NCBI GenBank assembly: GCA_963705505.1
Contig: CAVPJU010000003.1
Span: 160,001 to 224,000 of the forward strand
DNA: 64,000 nucleotides
Reading direction: 5' to 3'
From: an uncultured bacterium
GTDB lineage: Bacteria; Desulfobacterota_D; UBA1144; Nemesobacterales; UBA2774
Shown: positions 12,886-27,175 of the stretch, piece after piece
Layout: every line of letters begins with the position of its first letter
Position numbering within the stretch: the stretch's first letter is position 1
The notes under the pieces: model-generated
What the model saw: only the letters and a program-made list of their open reading frames with translations
What the model was told of the DNA's origin: nothing
The model's database searches: none
Position numbers and translations under genes: made by a program

Positions 12886-14472
12886 TTGAAAGTATTGGTT
12901 ACAGACGGTATGTCCAAGGAAGGACTCACTATCCTGGAATCCGCGGAAGGACTCGACCTGGACATCAGGAAGAGCACACCTAAGGAAGAATTGGCAGGAA
13001 TCATTGGCGGTTACGATGCGATAATAATAAGAAGCGCAACTAAGCTCACGGCAGACCTCATTGAGGCCGGAAAAAACCTGAGGGTTATAGGCAGAGCGGG
13101 CATAGGCGTCGACAACGTGGACGTGGAGGCCGCGACGAAGAAAGGCATAGTCGTGATGAACACCCCCGAGGCAAACGCCATCACGACCGCCGAGCACACT
13201 ATCACACTGATGCTTTCTCTTGCTAGGCAGATACCACAGGCGCATGCGTCCATCAAGACCGGGAAATGGGAAAGGAGCAAATTCAAGGGGATCGAAATCT
13301 ACGGCAAAACGCTCGGATGCATAGGGCTCGGCAACATAGGCAAGCTCGTCGCCGAGAGGGCGCTTGGGCTAAAGATGAACGTGATTGCCTATGACCCGTT
13401 CCTCTCGAAGGAAGCGGCCGAGAAGATAGGCGTCGAGCTCGTCTCCCTCGATGAGCTGCTCAAAAGCTCGGACATCATAACGATACACACCCCTCTCACA
13501 CCCGAAACCAAAGACCTGATAAACAAAGACACGCTGGAAAAGACAAAAAAAAGATTGGTCCTTATAAACTGCGCGCGCGGGGGAGTGATAAACGAAAAAG
13601 ACATCGCCGAGGCTATAAAATCCGGCAGGGTTGCGGGCGCTGCGTTCGACGTATTTGTAAACGAGCCGCCCGAAGAGGGGAATCCGCTGCTCGATCTCGA
13701 TGAAAACGTCGTGTTCACCCCTCACTTGGGCGCTTCAACAGAAGAGGCCCAGACAAAAGTTGGGGTCGCTATCGCCGAGCAAATAGTCGATTTCCTCAAA
13801 AACGGAGTCGTTAAAAACGCGGTAAACATGCCTTCCGTAAGCCTGGATGTGCTCAAAACGATGAAGCCCTACCTTAACCTCGCGGAAAAGCTGGGGAGCC
13901 TCCAGGGACAGATATGCAAAGGCGGGGTAAAGGAACTGCACATGGAGTATGACGGCGAGGTGTCAGAGCTCGATACCGCCCCCATAACGGTTGCGGCGCT
14001 TAAGGGGTTCCTCACGCCCATGATGGACGTGGTTGTGAGCTACGTAAACGCCCCGGTAATCGCCCAGGAAAGGGGTATAAAGGTCATAGAATCGAAATCC
14101 TCGCAAGCCAAAGACTACAGGAGCCTGATATCCATCAAGGTTAAGACGGAAGAAGGCGAGAGTCATGTGTCGGGAACGATATTCGGAAAAGAAGAGCCTA
14201 GATTCGTAAGGATAAACGGTGTTACAATAGACGTAGTGCCGAAGGGCTATCTCCTCGTGAGCGAGAACAACGACAGACCGGGCTTTATAGGGGCTATGTG
14301 CTCCATACTCGGGGATAACGGCGTCAATATCGGCCTCCTCCACCTGGGAAGGGAAGCGATAGGCGGGAGGGCGATAGTTTTTACCAACGTCGACTCGCCG
14401 GTCCCGGCTAAGGTGATCGAAAAAATATCGAGTCTTCCGGATATCATTTCCGTGACGCAGGTTAAGCTTTAG
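12886..14472 (+). CDS. serA: D-3-phosphoglycerate dehydrogenase (long form with ACT domain)
   Basis: RAGIGVDNVD, GLGNIG, TPHLGAST; TTG start at 12886 after GGAGG gives MKVLVTD. Confidence 0.97.
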   Translation: MKVLVTDGMSKEGLTILESAEGLDLDIRKSTPKEELAGIIGGYDAIIIRSATKLTADLIEAGKNLRVIGRAGIGVDNVDVEAATKKGIVVMNTPEANAITTAEHTITLMLSLARQIPQAHASIKTGKWERSKFKGIEIYGKTLGCIGLGNIGKLVAERALGLKMNVIAYDPFLSKEAAEKIGVELVSLDELLKSSDIITIHTPLTPETKDLINKDTLEKTKKRLVLINCARGGVINEKDIAEAIKSGRVAGAAFDVFVNEPPEEGNPLLDLDENVVFTPHLGASTEEAQTKVGVAIAEQIVDFLKNGVVKNAVNMPSVSLDVLKTMKPYLNLAEKLGSLQGQICKGGVKELHMEYDGEVSELDTAPITVAALKGFLTPMMDVVVSYVNAPVIAQERGIKVIESKSSQAKDYRSLISIKVKTEEGESHVSGTIFGKEEPRFVRINGVTIDVVPKGYLLVSENNDRPGFIGAMCSILGDNGVNIGLLHLGREAIGGRAIVFTNVDSPVPAKVIEKISSLPDIISVTQVKL

Positions 14473-17479
<3,007 letters not shown>

Positions 17480-17531
17480 ATAGAATGCCTCCGGTCAGAT
17501 TGCCGATCAGTTAAGAATTATAACACAATCC

Positions 17532-18503
17532 TCACGAATGTTTCTCGTACGCTTCGATAATTTTCCTTACCAGCGGGTGCCTTACGACATCGTTTTTAGA
17601 GAAGTACACGAAGGAAATCCCCTCTATCTTTTTCATCAGCAACTCGGCCTCGAGAAGGCCCGATCTCTCGCTTGCCGCAAGGTCCACCTGAGTGGTATCA
17701 CCGGTAATAACCGCCTTTGAGCTGTAGCCGAGCCTCGTTAGGAACATCTTCATCTGCATAGACGTGGTGTTCTGAGCCTCGTCCAGTATTATGAAAGCGT
17801 CATTCAGGGTCCTCCCCCTCATGAACGCGAGAGGGGCTACCTCTATCGCACCCTTCTCCAGGAGACGCGAGGCCTTTTCATAATCCATCATATCGTAAAG
17901 CGCATCCAGGAGCGGCCTCAAATAAGGATCGACCTTTTGTGACAGGTCGCCCGGAAGGAATCCGAGTTTCTCCCCTGCTTCGACCGCAGGCCTCGTGAGC
18001 ACTATCCTGTTGACTTCTTTATTCACGAAGGCGGATACGGCCATTGCCATCGCAAGATAAGTTTTTCCGGTTCCGGCAGGGCCGATACCGAATACGATAT
18101 CGTGTCTCCTTATCGCCTCTATATATACCTTTTGCGCAATGCTCTTGGGCGCGATAATCCTTTTCCTGGTCGACACGCACACTGTGTCCAGGAACACGTC
18201 CTCAAGCCGTATTTTCCCCTCATCCACAATCCTTGTCGCAAGCTCGATATCGGCAGGATCGAGCGTATAACCTTTTTCCAGGAGACCGTATATCTCCTTC
18301 AAAAACCTGTGCGCCGTCTCGACTCCGGCCGTCTCCCCTTCGAGGTTCAGCTTGCCGCCTCTGGAATGGATCTTTATCCCGTAATGGTTTTCAATTTCCT
18401 TCAGGTTGTCGTTATTTTCCCCGTAAAGCTCCTTGACGAGGTTATTGTCGCCGAATTCCAGTTCCCTTATATTCCCGTTCTCGATCCTTATAGTTTCCTG
18501 CAT
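17532..18503 (-). CDS. phoH: PhoH-family ATPase
   Basis: [23 protein letters not shown]. Confidence 0.96.
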   Translation of the reverse strand: MQETIRIENGNIRELEFGDNNLVKELYGENNDNLKEIENHYGIKIHSRGGKLNLEGETAGVETAHRFLKEIYGLLEKGYTLDPADIELATRIVDEGKIRLEDVFLDTVCVSTRKRIIAPKSIAQKVYIEAIRRHDIVFGIGPAGTGKTYLAMAMAVSAFVNKEVNRIVLTRPAVEAGEKLGFLPGDLSQKVDPYLRPLLDALYDMMDYEKASRLLEKGAIEVAPLAFMRGRTLNDAFIILDEAQNTTSMQMKMFLTRLGYSSKAVITGDTTQVDLAASERSGLLEAELLMKKIEGISFVYFSKNDVVRHPLVRKIIEAYEKHS

Positions 18504-18802
18504 AGTTATATAGCCATCCTCCTCCCGGATGTCCGCCGGGATTTATAGATACTAAATTTTAGCTTTACCGAGTAAATTTTATAGCCGGGGAAAAATGACA
18601 TATAGAATTCATCGTCCGGACAAACAACCGGACAGAGATGGTATATCGAGCGTAACCGTGTGGGTTCCTTTATATATTTTTCCCAACTTTTGAATGCGTT
18701 ATTACCGGGAATCTTATAATTTTTTATAGATAATTAGTATAACAGAACACGAGTCAAATCCAAACCCGAAGGTTTATTAAATCGCGCCGCAGTCTTAGTG
18801 GT

Positions 18803-19621
18803 TTATACATCATCGATATGTGAGGGATCGGGATACTTGAATTCATATTGGAGGAGCCTTTTCAGCTTATCGCTCCTAACCAACTTATAACCCGTTCTGC
18901 CGCCCTCATTGAACAGAGGGGGCTCCAACCCAAGCTTTTCCGCCTGAGCTGTATAGTATTCTTTTCTAACCGGGTGCTCGTCGGCGCATGCATTTAGTGT
19001 CTCCCCCCATACGTCGAGCTCGATGATTCTATGTATAATCCGTATGCAGTCGTCCCTGTGTATCAGGTTTACAGGCGCTCCCCCTCCGGTAATACCCCTT
19101 TTCCCGGCCAGGAACCTGCCCGGCATACGGTCATAGCCTATGAGTCCCCCGAATCTGATTACCGTGGTTTCGAATTCGGTGCAATCCCGGAGCTTTTTCT
19201 CCACAGCCAAAAGCGCCGCACCCGACGGTTTTTCCGGCAGAGCCTGTTCGTCCTCAAACACATCACGGTCAAGATCGGGATAAACGGACGTCGAGCTTAC
19301 GAAGAGGACTCGTTTAATGCGGGAGAGTTTGATTCGGGCAATCAGCGAGCCGATCTGAGCCTGATGATATTCGACGATGTCCTCTCTCCTCTCCGGGGGG
19401 AAGTCGATAACGAGGATATCGCATTTAAAAAAATCCTCGACGTTTTCACCGCTGAGGTGAGGACCGAGGACTAAATAGAAGGGCTTTATACCGTGGGACT
19501 CGATGACCCCAAGCTCGCCCGGCGTCCTCGTCGACCCCTTTAACTCATACCCTCTCCCTCTGAGGTAATCTGCCAGAGGGAGCCCGAGCCATCCGCACCC
19601 CAATACGCTTATCGTCTTCAT
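18803..19621 (-). CDS. Atypical SDR / NAD(P)-dependent epimerase-like oxidoreductase
   Basis: GCGWLG, SSTSVY, VNLIHRDD; start MKTISV. Confidence 0.88.
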   Translation of the reverse strand: MKTISVLGCGWLGLPLADYLRGRGYELKGSTRTPGELGVIESHGIKPFYLVLGPHLSGENVEDFFKCDILVIDFPPERREDIVEYHQAQIGSLIARIKLSRIKRVLFVSSTSVYPDLDRDVFEDEQALPEKPSGAALLAVEKKLRDCTEFETTVIRFGGLIGYDRMPGRFLAGKRGITGGGAPVNLIHRDDCIRIIHRIIELDVWGETLNACADEHPVRKEYYTAQAEKLGLEPPLFNEGGRTGYKLVRSDKLKRLLQYEFKYPDPSHIDDV

Positions 19622-19687
19622 ATAGTCTCGAGGACAGACCGGATCAAGTCTCCGATAAAGTCTCCGGTCCAATGAACTCGGTCGAGT

Positions 19688-20581
19688 TTAATTCGTAAGC
19701 CTATCCAGGGCTTCATGGTACTTTTCGGACGATTTTTTGACCACGTCCGGAGGAAGCGACGGAGCCGGGGGGTTCTTATCCCAATCGAGCGACTCCAGAT
19801 AATCCCTCACGAACTGCTTATCGAAACTCTTCTGCGAGCCGCCGGGTTTATATTCGTCCCTGGGCCAGAACCTGGATGAATCGGGAGTGAGGGCCTCGTC
19901 TATGAGGACGAGCTCGCCCGTTTCTTCATCGATCCCGAACTCGAACTTCGTGTCGGCGATTATTATCCCTTTTTTCTCCGCAATGTCCCTCGCTCTCGAA
20001 TAGAGCGCTATGCTCACGTCCCTTACCCTCTCCGCGAGAACCCGGCCGACCAGCTCGGACGCTCGCTCGAACGTGATATTCTCGTCGTGAGCGCCTTCTT
20101 CGGCCTTTGTCGACGGGGTGAAAATCGGGGTTTCGAGCTTCGAGGATTCTACAAGCCCCGCGGGGAGCGGTATGCCGCACACGGACTTACTCTTCTGATA
20201 TTCTTTCCAGCCTGAGCCCGTTATATACCCCCTCACGATGCATTCGACCGGAAGTGGCCTGGTTTTCTTGACAAGCATGCTCCTCCCCTCGAGCACATTG
20301 CGGTACTTCCGGAACTCCTCCGGGTAATCGTCCACATCGGTAGAGATGAGGTGGTTCGGCACTATATCCTTTGTCCGGTCGAACCAGTATCTCGATATCA
20401 GGTTGAGCACCTTCCCCTTGCCCGGTATCCCCTCCGGAAGGACAACGTCGAATGCCGAAATGCGGTCTGAAGCCACAATCAGCAATTTATCGCCGAGATC
20501 GTAAATGTCCCTCACCTTCCCTCTTCTCGGAGGCTTTACTCCCTCGAAATTAGTCTGCATTACGATACCGTCTTTTGTCAT
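19688..20581 (-). CDS. purC: SAICAR synthetase
   Basis: [38 protein letters not shown]. Confidence 0.98.
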   Translation of the reverse strand: MTKDGIVMQTNFEGVKPPRRGKVRDIYDLGDKLLIVASDRISAFDVVLPEGIPGKGKVLNLISRYWFDRTKDIVPNHLISTDVDDYPEEFRKYRNVLEGRSMLVKKTRPLPVECIVRGYITGSGWKEYQKSKSVCGIPLPAGLVESSKLETPIFTPSTKAEEGAHDENITFERASELVGRVLAERVRDVSIALYSRARDIAEKKGIIIADTKFEFGIDEETGELVLIDEALTPDSSRFWPRDEYKPGGSQKSFDKQFVRDYLESLDWDKNPPAPSLPPDVVKKSSEKYHEALDRLTN

Positions 20582-20625
20582 CGCAGGCTCCCCCTATTAG
20601 ATGGATGGCAATTCAGCAAAGGAGA

Positions 20626-20654
20626 ATTCTAGTAAAGAAAAAAAGAGATGTCAA
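20626..20654 (-). promoter_or_regulatory. sigma70-type promoter for purC
   Basis: Minus strand TTGACA-N17-TAGAAT. Confidence 0.7.
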
Positions 20655-20710
20655 AGCGGTAGTATCGTCATCGGAGCGGGCAGAACCGTATTCGCTTTTA
20701 AGCCGCGGTT

Positions 20711-21001
20711 TTAGCCCCCGCGGGATATGAGTGAGCCCGTGATTTCATTCCGCAGCAGCTCCTTTATGCGCCGCTCCACCCCGGGGAACCTGCCCTTGAG
20801 CTCTCCCTCGATCATGAGTACGGCGTCAAGCTCCGTGCCTGTAAGAGTCTCGTCGAGGACCCTGAACGCGCGAGCCCGAACGTCCGGATAACCGGGTGCA
20901 TTCCCGCCCTCCCAGAGGGTTTCCGATAGCTCCTTAAGGAAATCGGCATAAAAACCGAGTATCGAGTTTATTTTCTTCCGTCTTTCGAAAACGCTTTCCA
21001 T
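20711..21001 (-). CDS. Hypothetical protein
   Basis: 96-aa ORF closely following the upstream minus-strand ORF. Confidence 0.55.
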   Translation of the reverse strand: MESVFERRKKINSILGFYADFLKELSETLWEGGNAPGYPDVRARAFRVLDETLTGTELDAVLMIEGELKGRFPGVERRIKELLRNEITGSLISRGG

Positions 21002-21007
21002 GACCGG

Positions 21008-21304
21008 TCATTTAGCCCCGCCAGCCGCCTTCCCCCTTTCTCTCGAAGCGTCGAGAATGTCTTTGAGAAACCACATAATGAGAAGGGGAAGATAATAAAA
21101 AAGCATTATGTATAAAGCGGTCACGGGATTGCGGTACAACACCCATACACCTGCGAAATCGAGAAGAGAGACTAGAAGCAGCACAACGTATGCCCTCTTA
21201 TAGGGGTCCGAAACCAGCCTTCTCAGAATGAGCTGTGCGCCCCTTGAAAGGAGCGTCACATTTATAAATGCCCCTGCCAGACGCCAGATCATCGGTGTAT
21301 GCAT
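21008..21304 (-). CDS. Small membrane protein, unknown function
   Basis: 98 aa with about three hydrophobic segments; AAGGAG upstream. Confidence 0.6.
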   Translation of the reverse strand: MHTPMIWRLAGAFINVTLLSRGAQLILRRLVSDPYKRAYVVLLLVSLLDFAGVWVLYRNPVTALYIMLFYYLPLLIMWFLKDILDASRERGKAAGGAK

Positions 21305-21476
21305 GCTTCCGGGGATATCTCCTTAAAGTGCGCTGTCTAACATTAAACTTGAAATTCCGACCCGAATCATTATTTTCATTATATCACCCCTCTGGAGAGG
21401 CGTGGAGTTTTGAACCCCTCTCCGGAGGAGCGGATTTAACGGAAATTTAACGGTTTTTTTATCGGGAGACAAGAAA

Positions 21477-22349
21477 ATGAACACACTTAAAAGCCTGATA
21501 CTGCTCGTCGCGCTTTCCGCAATTCTGATGTGGATAGGCGGAGCTATAGGAGGGAAGCAGGGTCTGATAATCGCTTTCGGATTCGCGATGGTAATGAACT
21601 TCGCCAGCTACTGGTGGAGCGACAAGATCGTCCTTTCCCTTTACGGGGCCAAAGAGGTTAAATACGAGGACGCTCCCCAGCTTTACGGCGATATTCAGGA
21701 GCTCGCGCAGAGAGCGGGGCTCCCCATGCCGAGGGTATATATCACGCCCCAGGAGCAGCCGAACGCCTTCGCGACCGGCAGGAACCCCGAACACGCCGCT
21801 GTGGCGGTTACGCAGGGCATTTTGAGGCTCCTCAGCCGCGAAGAATTGAAGGGAGTGCTTGCCCACGAGCTCACGCACGTTAAGCGCAGGGACATACTGA
21901 TCGGGTCGATTGCCGCGACCATAGCGACAGCCATCACGTACCTCGCATACATGGCACAGTTCGCAGCCATCTTCGGGGGCGGCGGAGGCGGGGGGGACAG
22001 GGACAGGGGCGGAAACCCAATCGGGTTGCTGGTCATGGCCATAGTGGCCCCTTTAGCGGCCACCATAATCAGGCTCGCGATCTCCAGGACGAGGGAATAC
22101 GGCGCGGATGAGGGCGGAGCCGAGATTTGCGGGAACCCGATATACCTTGCCAACGCTTTGAGAAAGCTCGGAGCGGCTTCCGACAGGATACCTCTCAGGG
22201 TGAGCGAGCAGGTCGCCGACAGCACTTCCCATATGCTTATCGCGAGCCCTCTTTCGGGCGGGGGACTGTCTTCTCTATTCAGCACCCATCCGCCTATGGA
22301 AGAGAGGATAAGAAGGCTCGAGGCTATGGCTGCAGGAATTTCCGTATAA
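21477..22349 (+). CDS. htpX: Membrane zinc metalloprotease HtpX (M48)
   Basis: PNAFATG, HELTH, SRTREY, STHPP. Confidence 0.96.
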   Translation: MNTLKSLILLVALSAILMWIGGAIGGKQGLIIAFGFAMVMNFASYWWSDKIVLSLYGAKEVKYEDAPQLYGDIQELAQRAGLPMPRVYITPQEQPNAFATGRNPEHAAVAVTQGILRLLSREELKGVLAHELTHVKRRDILIGSIAATIATAITYLAYMAQFAAIFGGGGGGGDRDRGGNPIGLLVMAIVAPLAATIIRLAISRTREYGADEGGAEICGNPIYLANALRKLGAASDRIPLRVSEQVADSTSHMLIASPLSGGGLSSLFSTHPPMEERIRRLEAMAAGISV

Positions 22350-22405
22350 CGGAGTTTTCCGGACCGCGGTTACGATCCGGGATGTCTGTGTATATCAGTG
22401 AAGTT

Positions 22406-24457
22406 TCATTCCATCCCGTTATTCTCGAGATGCGCGGAAACGTTCTCCCACCTGTCGTATAATTTCTTTAATTCCTCGTTCAGCCGGCTGAATTCCGCAG
22501 ATGCCTCGGCAGAGCGCTTGTTGTCCCTGAAATTATCAGGGTCTGCGAGGAAGGCCTCCACCTCGGACATCTTCTCTTCGGTATGACGTATTCTTTGCTC
22601 TAACTCCGAAAGTGCGGATTGAAGCTGCCTGCCCGTAAGCTCGTCCCAGTTCTCCATGTTCTCAATGCCGCGATCTCTCAACTCCCTGTAAAGACGGTTA
22701 CGCTTCTCGGCTTCGAGCCTTTTGGCTTCATTAATTTCAGCAGTTTTATTTTCGGTCTCATTAATTTTGCCGGGTTTTCCGTTATTACCCGCTGTGACGC
22801 TCCCGGGCGTATCAGTCACGGACGTCTCTCTCAGACCCTGATGGTATCTGAACTCCGAATACGTGCCCGGGTAAGTAACGATCCCGCCCCTTTCCGCATA
22901 CCAGATCTTATTCGCCACGCGGTCGAGAAAATGCCTGTCGTGGCTCACTACCAGAAAAGTCCCCTTATATTGCCTGAGCGCTTCGATAAGCACATTTCGA
23001 GACTGTATATCGAGGTGGTTCGTGGGCTCGTCGAGAACGAGGAAGTTCCTGGGAGCGAGCAGCGTTTTGGCGAGCGCAACGCGGCTCTTCTCGCCCCCTG
23101 ACAATACGGCCACTTTTTTATAGACGTCCCCTTCTGAAAACAGGAATGCGCCTAAAAGAGACCTTATCTCCGTTTCATGACTCCCGCCCGATGACGACTC
23201 GAGCTCCTCGATTATCGTCTTTGAAGGGTCGAGAGATTCCGCGAGGTGCTGCGCAAAGAACGTGACGGAGACGTTATATCCTTCCTTCCTCTCCCCATCG
23301 AAAGGCTCCATGCCGATTATCATCCTTGCGAGGGTGCTCTTCCCGGCCCCGTTTTTTCCGATGAGCGCGATCTTATCCCCCCTCGACACCGTGAGCGGAC
23401 CCGCGTCCCTGAATACCGAAATCTCCCCACCGTCCTCGTCTCCGTACGATTTGGAGAACCGGGAGAGCTCGAGCACAGATTTTCCCGAGCGGCCGGGCTC
23501 CGGGAACTTAAAATGCATGACGGCGTCGTCCGAGGGGGGAGCCGGAATCCTCTCGAGCTTCTCAAGCGCCTTTATACGGCTCTGAACCTGCTTTGCCTTC
23601 GTGTTCTTATACCTGAACCTCTCTATGAAGCGCTCGGTTTCCCTTATTTTCCTCTGCTGGTTCTCGTATGCCGATCTATGCGTGTCGAGGCGGGACTTTC
23701 TCTCTATTAAATAAGAGGAATAATTGCCGGAATACTCCGTTATACGCCCCATGTGCAGCTCAGCTATCGTATCGGCCATCCGGTCGAGGAAATACTGGTC
23801 GTGGGATACGAGTATGACCGTCCCCTTGAATTCCTGAAGGTAATTCTCGAGCCAGTCTATGCTTTCTATATCGAGATGGTTGGTGGGCTCATCGAGAAGG
23901 AGCACGTCGGGCTTCACCAATAGAAGCTTCGCGAGCGCTACCCTCATCCTCCATCCCCCCGAGAATGTGCCGAGCGGCTTATTCAGGTCTCCCGGCTCAA
24001 ACCCGAGCCCCAAAAGAAGCTTCTCCGTTTCATACCGGACAGTATGGAAGCCCCTGGCATTGAGTTCGTTCTGAATCGCGTCAAGCCTGAGGAGGAGCCT
24101 CTTGCTCCCGTCCGGGACCCGGTCGCTCGTGCGGCCGAGCTCCTCTCTGACAGATTCCATCTCACGCTCGAGCGCCTGAATCTCGGCGAATGCGGTGAGA
24201 CCTTCCTCGACGACCGTCCTCTCCGGGACCGAGTCGCCGACCTCCTGCGGAAGGTAGCCCACTACCGTATCCGGAGGGAATATCACCGTTCCCGAATCCG
24301 CTTCGGTGAGACCGGCGATAACGTTAAGCAGGGTCGTTTTCCCCACGCCGTTGGGCCCGAAGAGGCCAATCCTCTTGCCGTCCTTTATATTCCAGCTGAG
24401 GTTTTTGAATATCTCTCTTGACCCATACGAGAGGGAAATATCGTCGAGCTGTATCAT
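22406..24457 (-). CDS. ABC-F family ATPase
   Basis: Two ABC cassettes (GPNGVGKT, GKNGAGKS; DEPTNHLD twice); no TM segments; C-terminal coiled coil. Confidence 0.95.
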   Translation of the reverse strand: MIQLDDISLSYGSREIFKNLSWNIKDGKRIGLFGPNGVGKTTLLNVIAGLTEADSGTVIFPPDTVVGYLPQEVGDSVPERTVVEEGLTAFAEIQALEREMESVREELGRTSDRVPDGSKRLLLRLDAIQNELNARGFHTVRYETEKLLLGLGFEPGDLNKPLGTFSGGWRMRVALAKLLLVKPDVLLLDEPTNHLDIESIDWLENYLQEFKGTVILVSHDQYFLDRMADTIAELHMGRITEYSGNYSSYLIERKSRLDTHRSAYENQQRKIRETERFIERFRYKNTKAKQVQSRIKALEKLERIPAPPSDDAVMHFKFPEPGRSGKSVLELSRFSKSYGDEDGGEISVFRDAGPLTVSRGDKIALIGKNGAGKSTLARMIIGMEPFDGERKEGYNVSVTFFAQHLAESLDPSKTIIEELESSSGGSHETEIRSLLGAFLFSEGDVYKKVAVLSGGEKSRVALAKTLLAPRNFLVLDEPTNHLDIQSRNVLIEALRQYKGTFLVVSHDRHFLDRVANKIWYAERGGIVTYPGTYSEFRYHQGLRETSVTDTPGSVTAGNNGKPGKINETENKTAEINEAKRLEAEKRNRLYRELRDRGIENMENWDELTGRQLQSALSELEQRIRHTEEKMSEVEAFLADPDNFRDNKRSAEASAEFSRLNEELKKLYDRWENVSAHLENNGME

Positions 24458-24497
24458 AATGATTTAATTCGGGGAATTGTGAGAAGCCTTTGATTAT

Positions 24498-24848
24498 TTA
24501 TTTTTTTGTAAATTCGAGTTTGGTCTTGATATAATCGAAATCGGTCTCGGGGACCAGAGTAAGCTTTCTCCTGTCGTCGCTGAATTCGTAGGAGAAAGTC
24601 ACTTCGCTCCCGCTGTCGAATTTTAAAACGAGTGTATGATCGTCGTAGCTGTATTCTCCTTTGAGGTTGACCGAAATCGTGCTGCCCGCGACGAATTTGA
24701 ACGAGCGGTCGCTTTCGAACTCGAGCTCGAACATCCCCGCCTTCCACTTGCCCTGAAAGGGATTGAAGAGACCCTTCATTACATCGCACCCCGTAAGCGT
24801 GAGTGCGAGCAGAGAAAATAAAGCTACGAATCTTAGAAGCCCCCGCAT
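24498..24848 (-). CDS. Small beta-rich lipoprotein
   Basis: Lipobox LTGC; GKW motif of lipocalin-like barrels. Confidence 0.7.
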   Translation of the reverse strand: MRGLLRFVALFSLLALTLTGCDVMKGLFNPFQGKWKAGMFELEFESDRSFKFVAGSTISVNLKGEYSYDDHTLVLKFDSGSEVTFSYEFSDDRRKLTLVPETDFDYIKTKLEFTKK

Positions 24849-24885
24849 TTTCCTGTATTCTCCAGCTGCTCTACAAGCTATCAGT

Positions 24886-25389
24886 TTAACTGACCGGCAG
24901 CAACCCTAACATAAACAACGTCATATAAGATATACCAAGGGATATCAGCACTGCAAATGTAAATACATATTTATTGAGAAGGGACAAGTAATTACCGTTT
25001 CGCCAGAGGAAAACGACACCCGACAGACTCACTGCGCCGAGCGATATGCCTGCGTAGAAAAGAATGAGAAGATGGAACATCGCCATCTGGACCGGATAGA
25101 GGCCTACCATGGCGCTTGCGGGGAATACAGCCGACAATATAAGCGCGGACACGAGTATGAAAATAGTTTTCCTGACCCTGAAAGGCATACTCTCTCTCAT
25201 TTTCCTCGATCCGCCTCGGAGAGACACCGTATAGACAATAAGACTGAGAATAATTTGAGACCCGAGGAAGACCGGAAAAAGCGTCAGATTGAAGAAGGGG
25301 TGCTCGTACTTGAATAAGGCTCCGAAGAAAATATAAAATAAGCATGCGGTAAGCGTGGAAATCAATATGAAATATAAGCCCTTCAGCAT
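24886..25389 (-). CDS. Integral membrane protein, unknown function
   Basis: About five TM segments; start uncertain (MLKGL at 25389). Confidence 0.6.
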   Translation of the reverse strand: MLKGLYFILISTLTACLFYIFFGALFKYEHPFFNLTLFPVFLGSQIILSLIVYTVSLRGGSRKMRESMPFRVRKTIFILVSALILSAVFPASAMVGLYPVQMAMFHLLILFYAGISLGAVSLSGVVFLWRNGNYLSLLNKYVFTFAVLISLGISYMTLFMLGLLPVS

Positions 25390-25539
25390 AGTCGAGCCGG
25401 CCCCGGATAATAGGGATAAGAATAATGCGGAAATACGTTTCTCAAAGAAATATTTTTGATGACTTTCAGAGCAAGCTTGCTTTTTCCGCAGGGGCAAATA
25501 TCTTTAGCTTAACCAAGGCTCGGGCTTAATTCCGAATGT

Positions 25540-26244
25540 ATGAACCGTAAAAGACCCCTGATCGGCATAACAACAGACATCAAGGACGGGAATTTCGTTA
25601 TCGAGGATACGTACGCGCGCGCCGTAGCGAAAGCAGGGGGAATCCCCGTGCTCATACCGTCTATACCAGCGGACCCGGAGCTGTTGCAAGAAACCGCAGC
25701 CCGGATAGACGGTCTTCTGCTCCCGGGCTCGAGGGACATGGACCCCAAATTTTACCACGAGGAGCCCCATCCGAAACTGCGTCCTATGAGCATCGAGAGG
25801 ACCAAGACAGAGCTCTCGGTACTCAAAGAAGCCGAAGAGAGAGAAATCCCCGTTCTCGGTATATGCGGCGGAATGCAGCTCCTGAACGTGTTCTTCGGCG
25901 GGTCACTCTACCAGGACATCTCCTCACTCCTCCCCGGCGCATTGGCGCATGAAAAAGGAGCCGTTCACGATGTAGTGCTTGAGGATGAAACGCTCCTGCG
26001 CGCGATTCTCGGGACGAGGGAATTTCCCGTAAAAAGCTATCACCATCAATCGGTGAAGGATATCGGGATTGGGCTAAAGGTATCGGCGCTGGCGCCCGAC
26101 GGGGTCGTGGAGGGGATAGAGCCCGAAGGCGCGCGATACTTATTGGGCATACAGTGGCACCCGGAGCGCGAGGACACGGAGTTTTCCGACCGTATATTCA
26201 GATCGTTTATCGAAGAATGCGGCCTGAGAAAAGCGGGCAGATAA
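25540..26244 (+). CDS. Peptidase C26 / gamma-glutamyl-gamma-aminobutyrate hydrolase-like glutamine amidotransferase
   Basis: GICGGMQ nucleophile elbow, HHQ, QWHPE. Confidence 0.92.
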   Translation: MNRKRPLIGITTDIKDGNFVIEDTYARAVAKAGGIPVLIPSIPADPELLQETAARIDGLLLPGSRDMDPKFYHEEPHPKLRPMSIERTKTELSVLKEAEEREIPVLGICGGMQLLNVFFGGSLYQDISSLLPGALAHEKGAVHDVVLEDETLLRAILGTREFPVKSYHHQSVKDIGIGLKVSALAPDGVVEGIEPEGARYLLGIQWHPEREDTEFSDRIFRSFIEECGLRKAGR

Positions 26245-26262
26245 GTAGAAAATTGATAATAG

Positions 26263-26733
26263 CTATTTCGGCCCGCTCTGCTTAAGGAGCGTCAGGAACT
26301 CGGCAAGAGTCCCGGGAGCGTCCGCAGAAGAGCCTACGATGAACCCGGCTATCGCGGCCGTGAGGCCCGACTCGAGCGGATACCTGTTAATGAAGTCCAA
26401 CGGGTCGGATGCGATGCCCGTCTGCCTGGGCTCGGGTTTGAATTTCACTCCTCCGCCACCCTTGATATAGCCCGTAACGAGCCCGGCAATCAACACAAGC
26501 ATGAAAGCAACTGTTATTGCGGCGGCCCCGCTTATGAGCGCAGCCATGTAAGGGTTAAAAAAAGTGCTCAGATAGAGGTATAGGGACCACACGATGAAAC
26601 CTAATCCTAAAACGGCTATCACGGACGCTATGCAGAAGACGATGAATAAAACCAGTATCCTGAGGAGCATCGACCGCACCGCGCCATAGTCGGGTTTGAA
26701 CGAGCTTAAAAGCAGATTTATTATGTCCTTCAA
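26263..26733 (-). CDS. Membrane protein (YqjE-like partner of the DUF883 gene)
   Basis: Several TM segments; directly downstream of the ElaB/YqjD-like gene. Confidence 0.6.
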   Translation of the reverse strand: MKDIINLLLSSFKPDYGAVRSMLLRILVLFIVFCIASVIAVLGLGFIVWSLYLYLSTFFNPYMAALISGAAAITVAFMLVLIAGLVTGYIKGGGGVKFKPEPRQTGIASDPLDFINRYPLESGLTAAIAGFIVGSSADAPGTLAEFLTLLKQSGPK

Positions 26734-26744
26734 TTCGCCCGGAC

Positions 26745-27047
26745 CTACCTGTGGTCAAAAAGTTTTCCAAGAACAAGACCGATCAAAAAGGCGATAAGGA
26801 GACTCATAAAGGGCTTTTCCTGAATCTTGTGCTCCACGGTATCGACCGTTTCCCTGCCTTTATCGCGTGCCGACTGAAGATCGAACTTTAGCTCCTCGAT
26901 CACTCTTTCCTTAGCCGTGTCCGTCTCGTTCTTCCCTCTTTCGAGTAGCGACTTCGCAATCTGTGACAGATCGGCTCTCAGCCTCGTGACGTCTTCCCGT
27001 AACGTTTCCAAATCTTCCCCCAATTTTTCCTGACCCATGACAATCAC
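26745..27047 (-). CDS. DUF883 / ElaB-YqjD family protein
   Basis: Coiled coil then EKPFMSLLIAFLIGLVLG C-terminal anchor. Confidence 0.85.
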   Translation of the reverse strand: MIVMGQEKLGEDLETLREDVTRLRADLSQIAKSLLERGKNETDTAKERVIEELKFDLQSARDKGRETVDTVEHKIQEKPFMSLLIAFLIGLVLGKLFDHR

Positions 27048-27175
27048 CTTCCACGTTTTGATTTATTAATAATATTAACATCTTTCAGCGCAAAATTAAA
27101 CTAATTTTTTCGCACGGGCGGGTTTTTTTAAGAGGGAGCAATACGGAATTTTGAAACTATTGCAAGCAGTTAAAC

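Noticed and set aside
18506..18517. Tiny upstream ORF (Met-Ala-Ile-stop) before phoH
   Set aside because: It is too short and SD spacing is ambiguous; it could easily arise by chance.
21975..22015. G-rich low-complexity stretch in htpX
   Set aside because: It encodes the usual Gly-rich loop ([13 protein letters not shown]) of HtpX.
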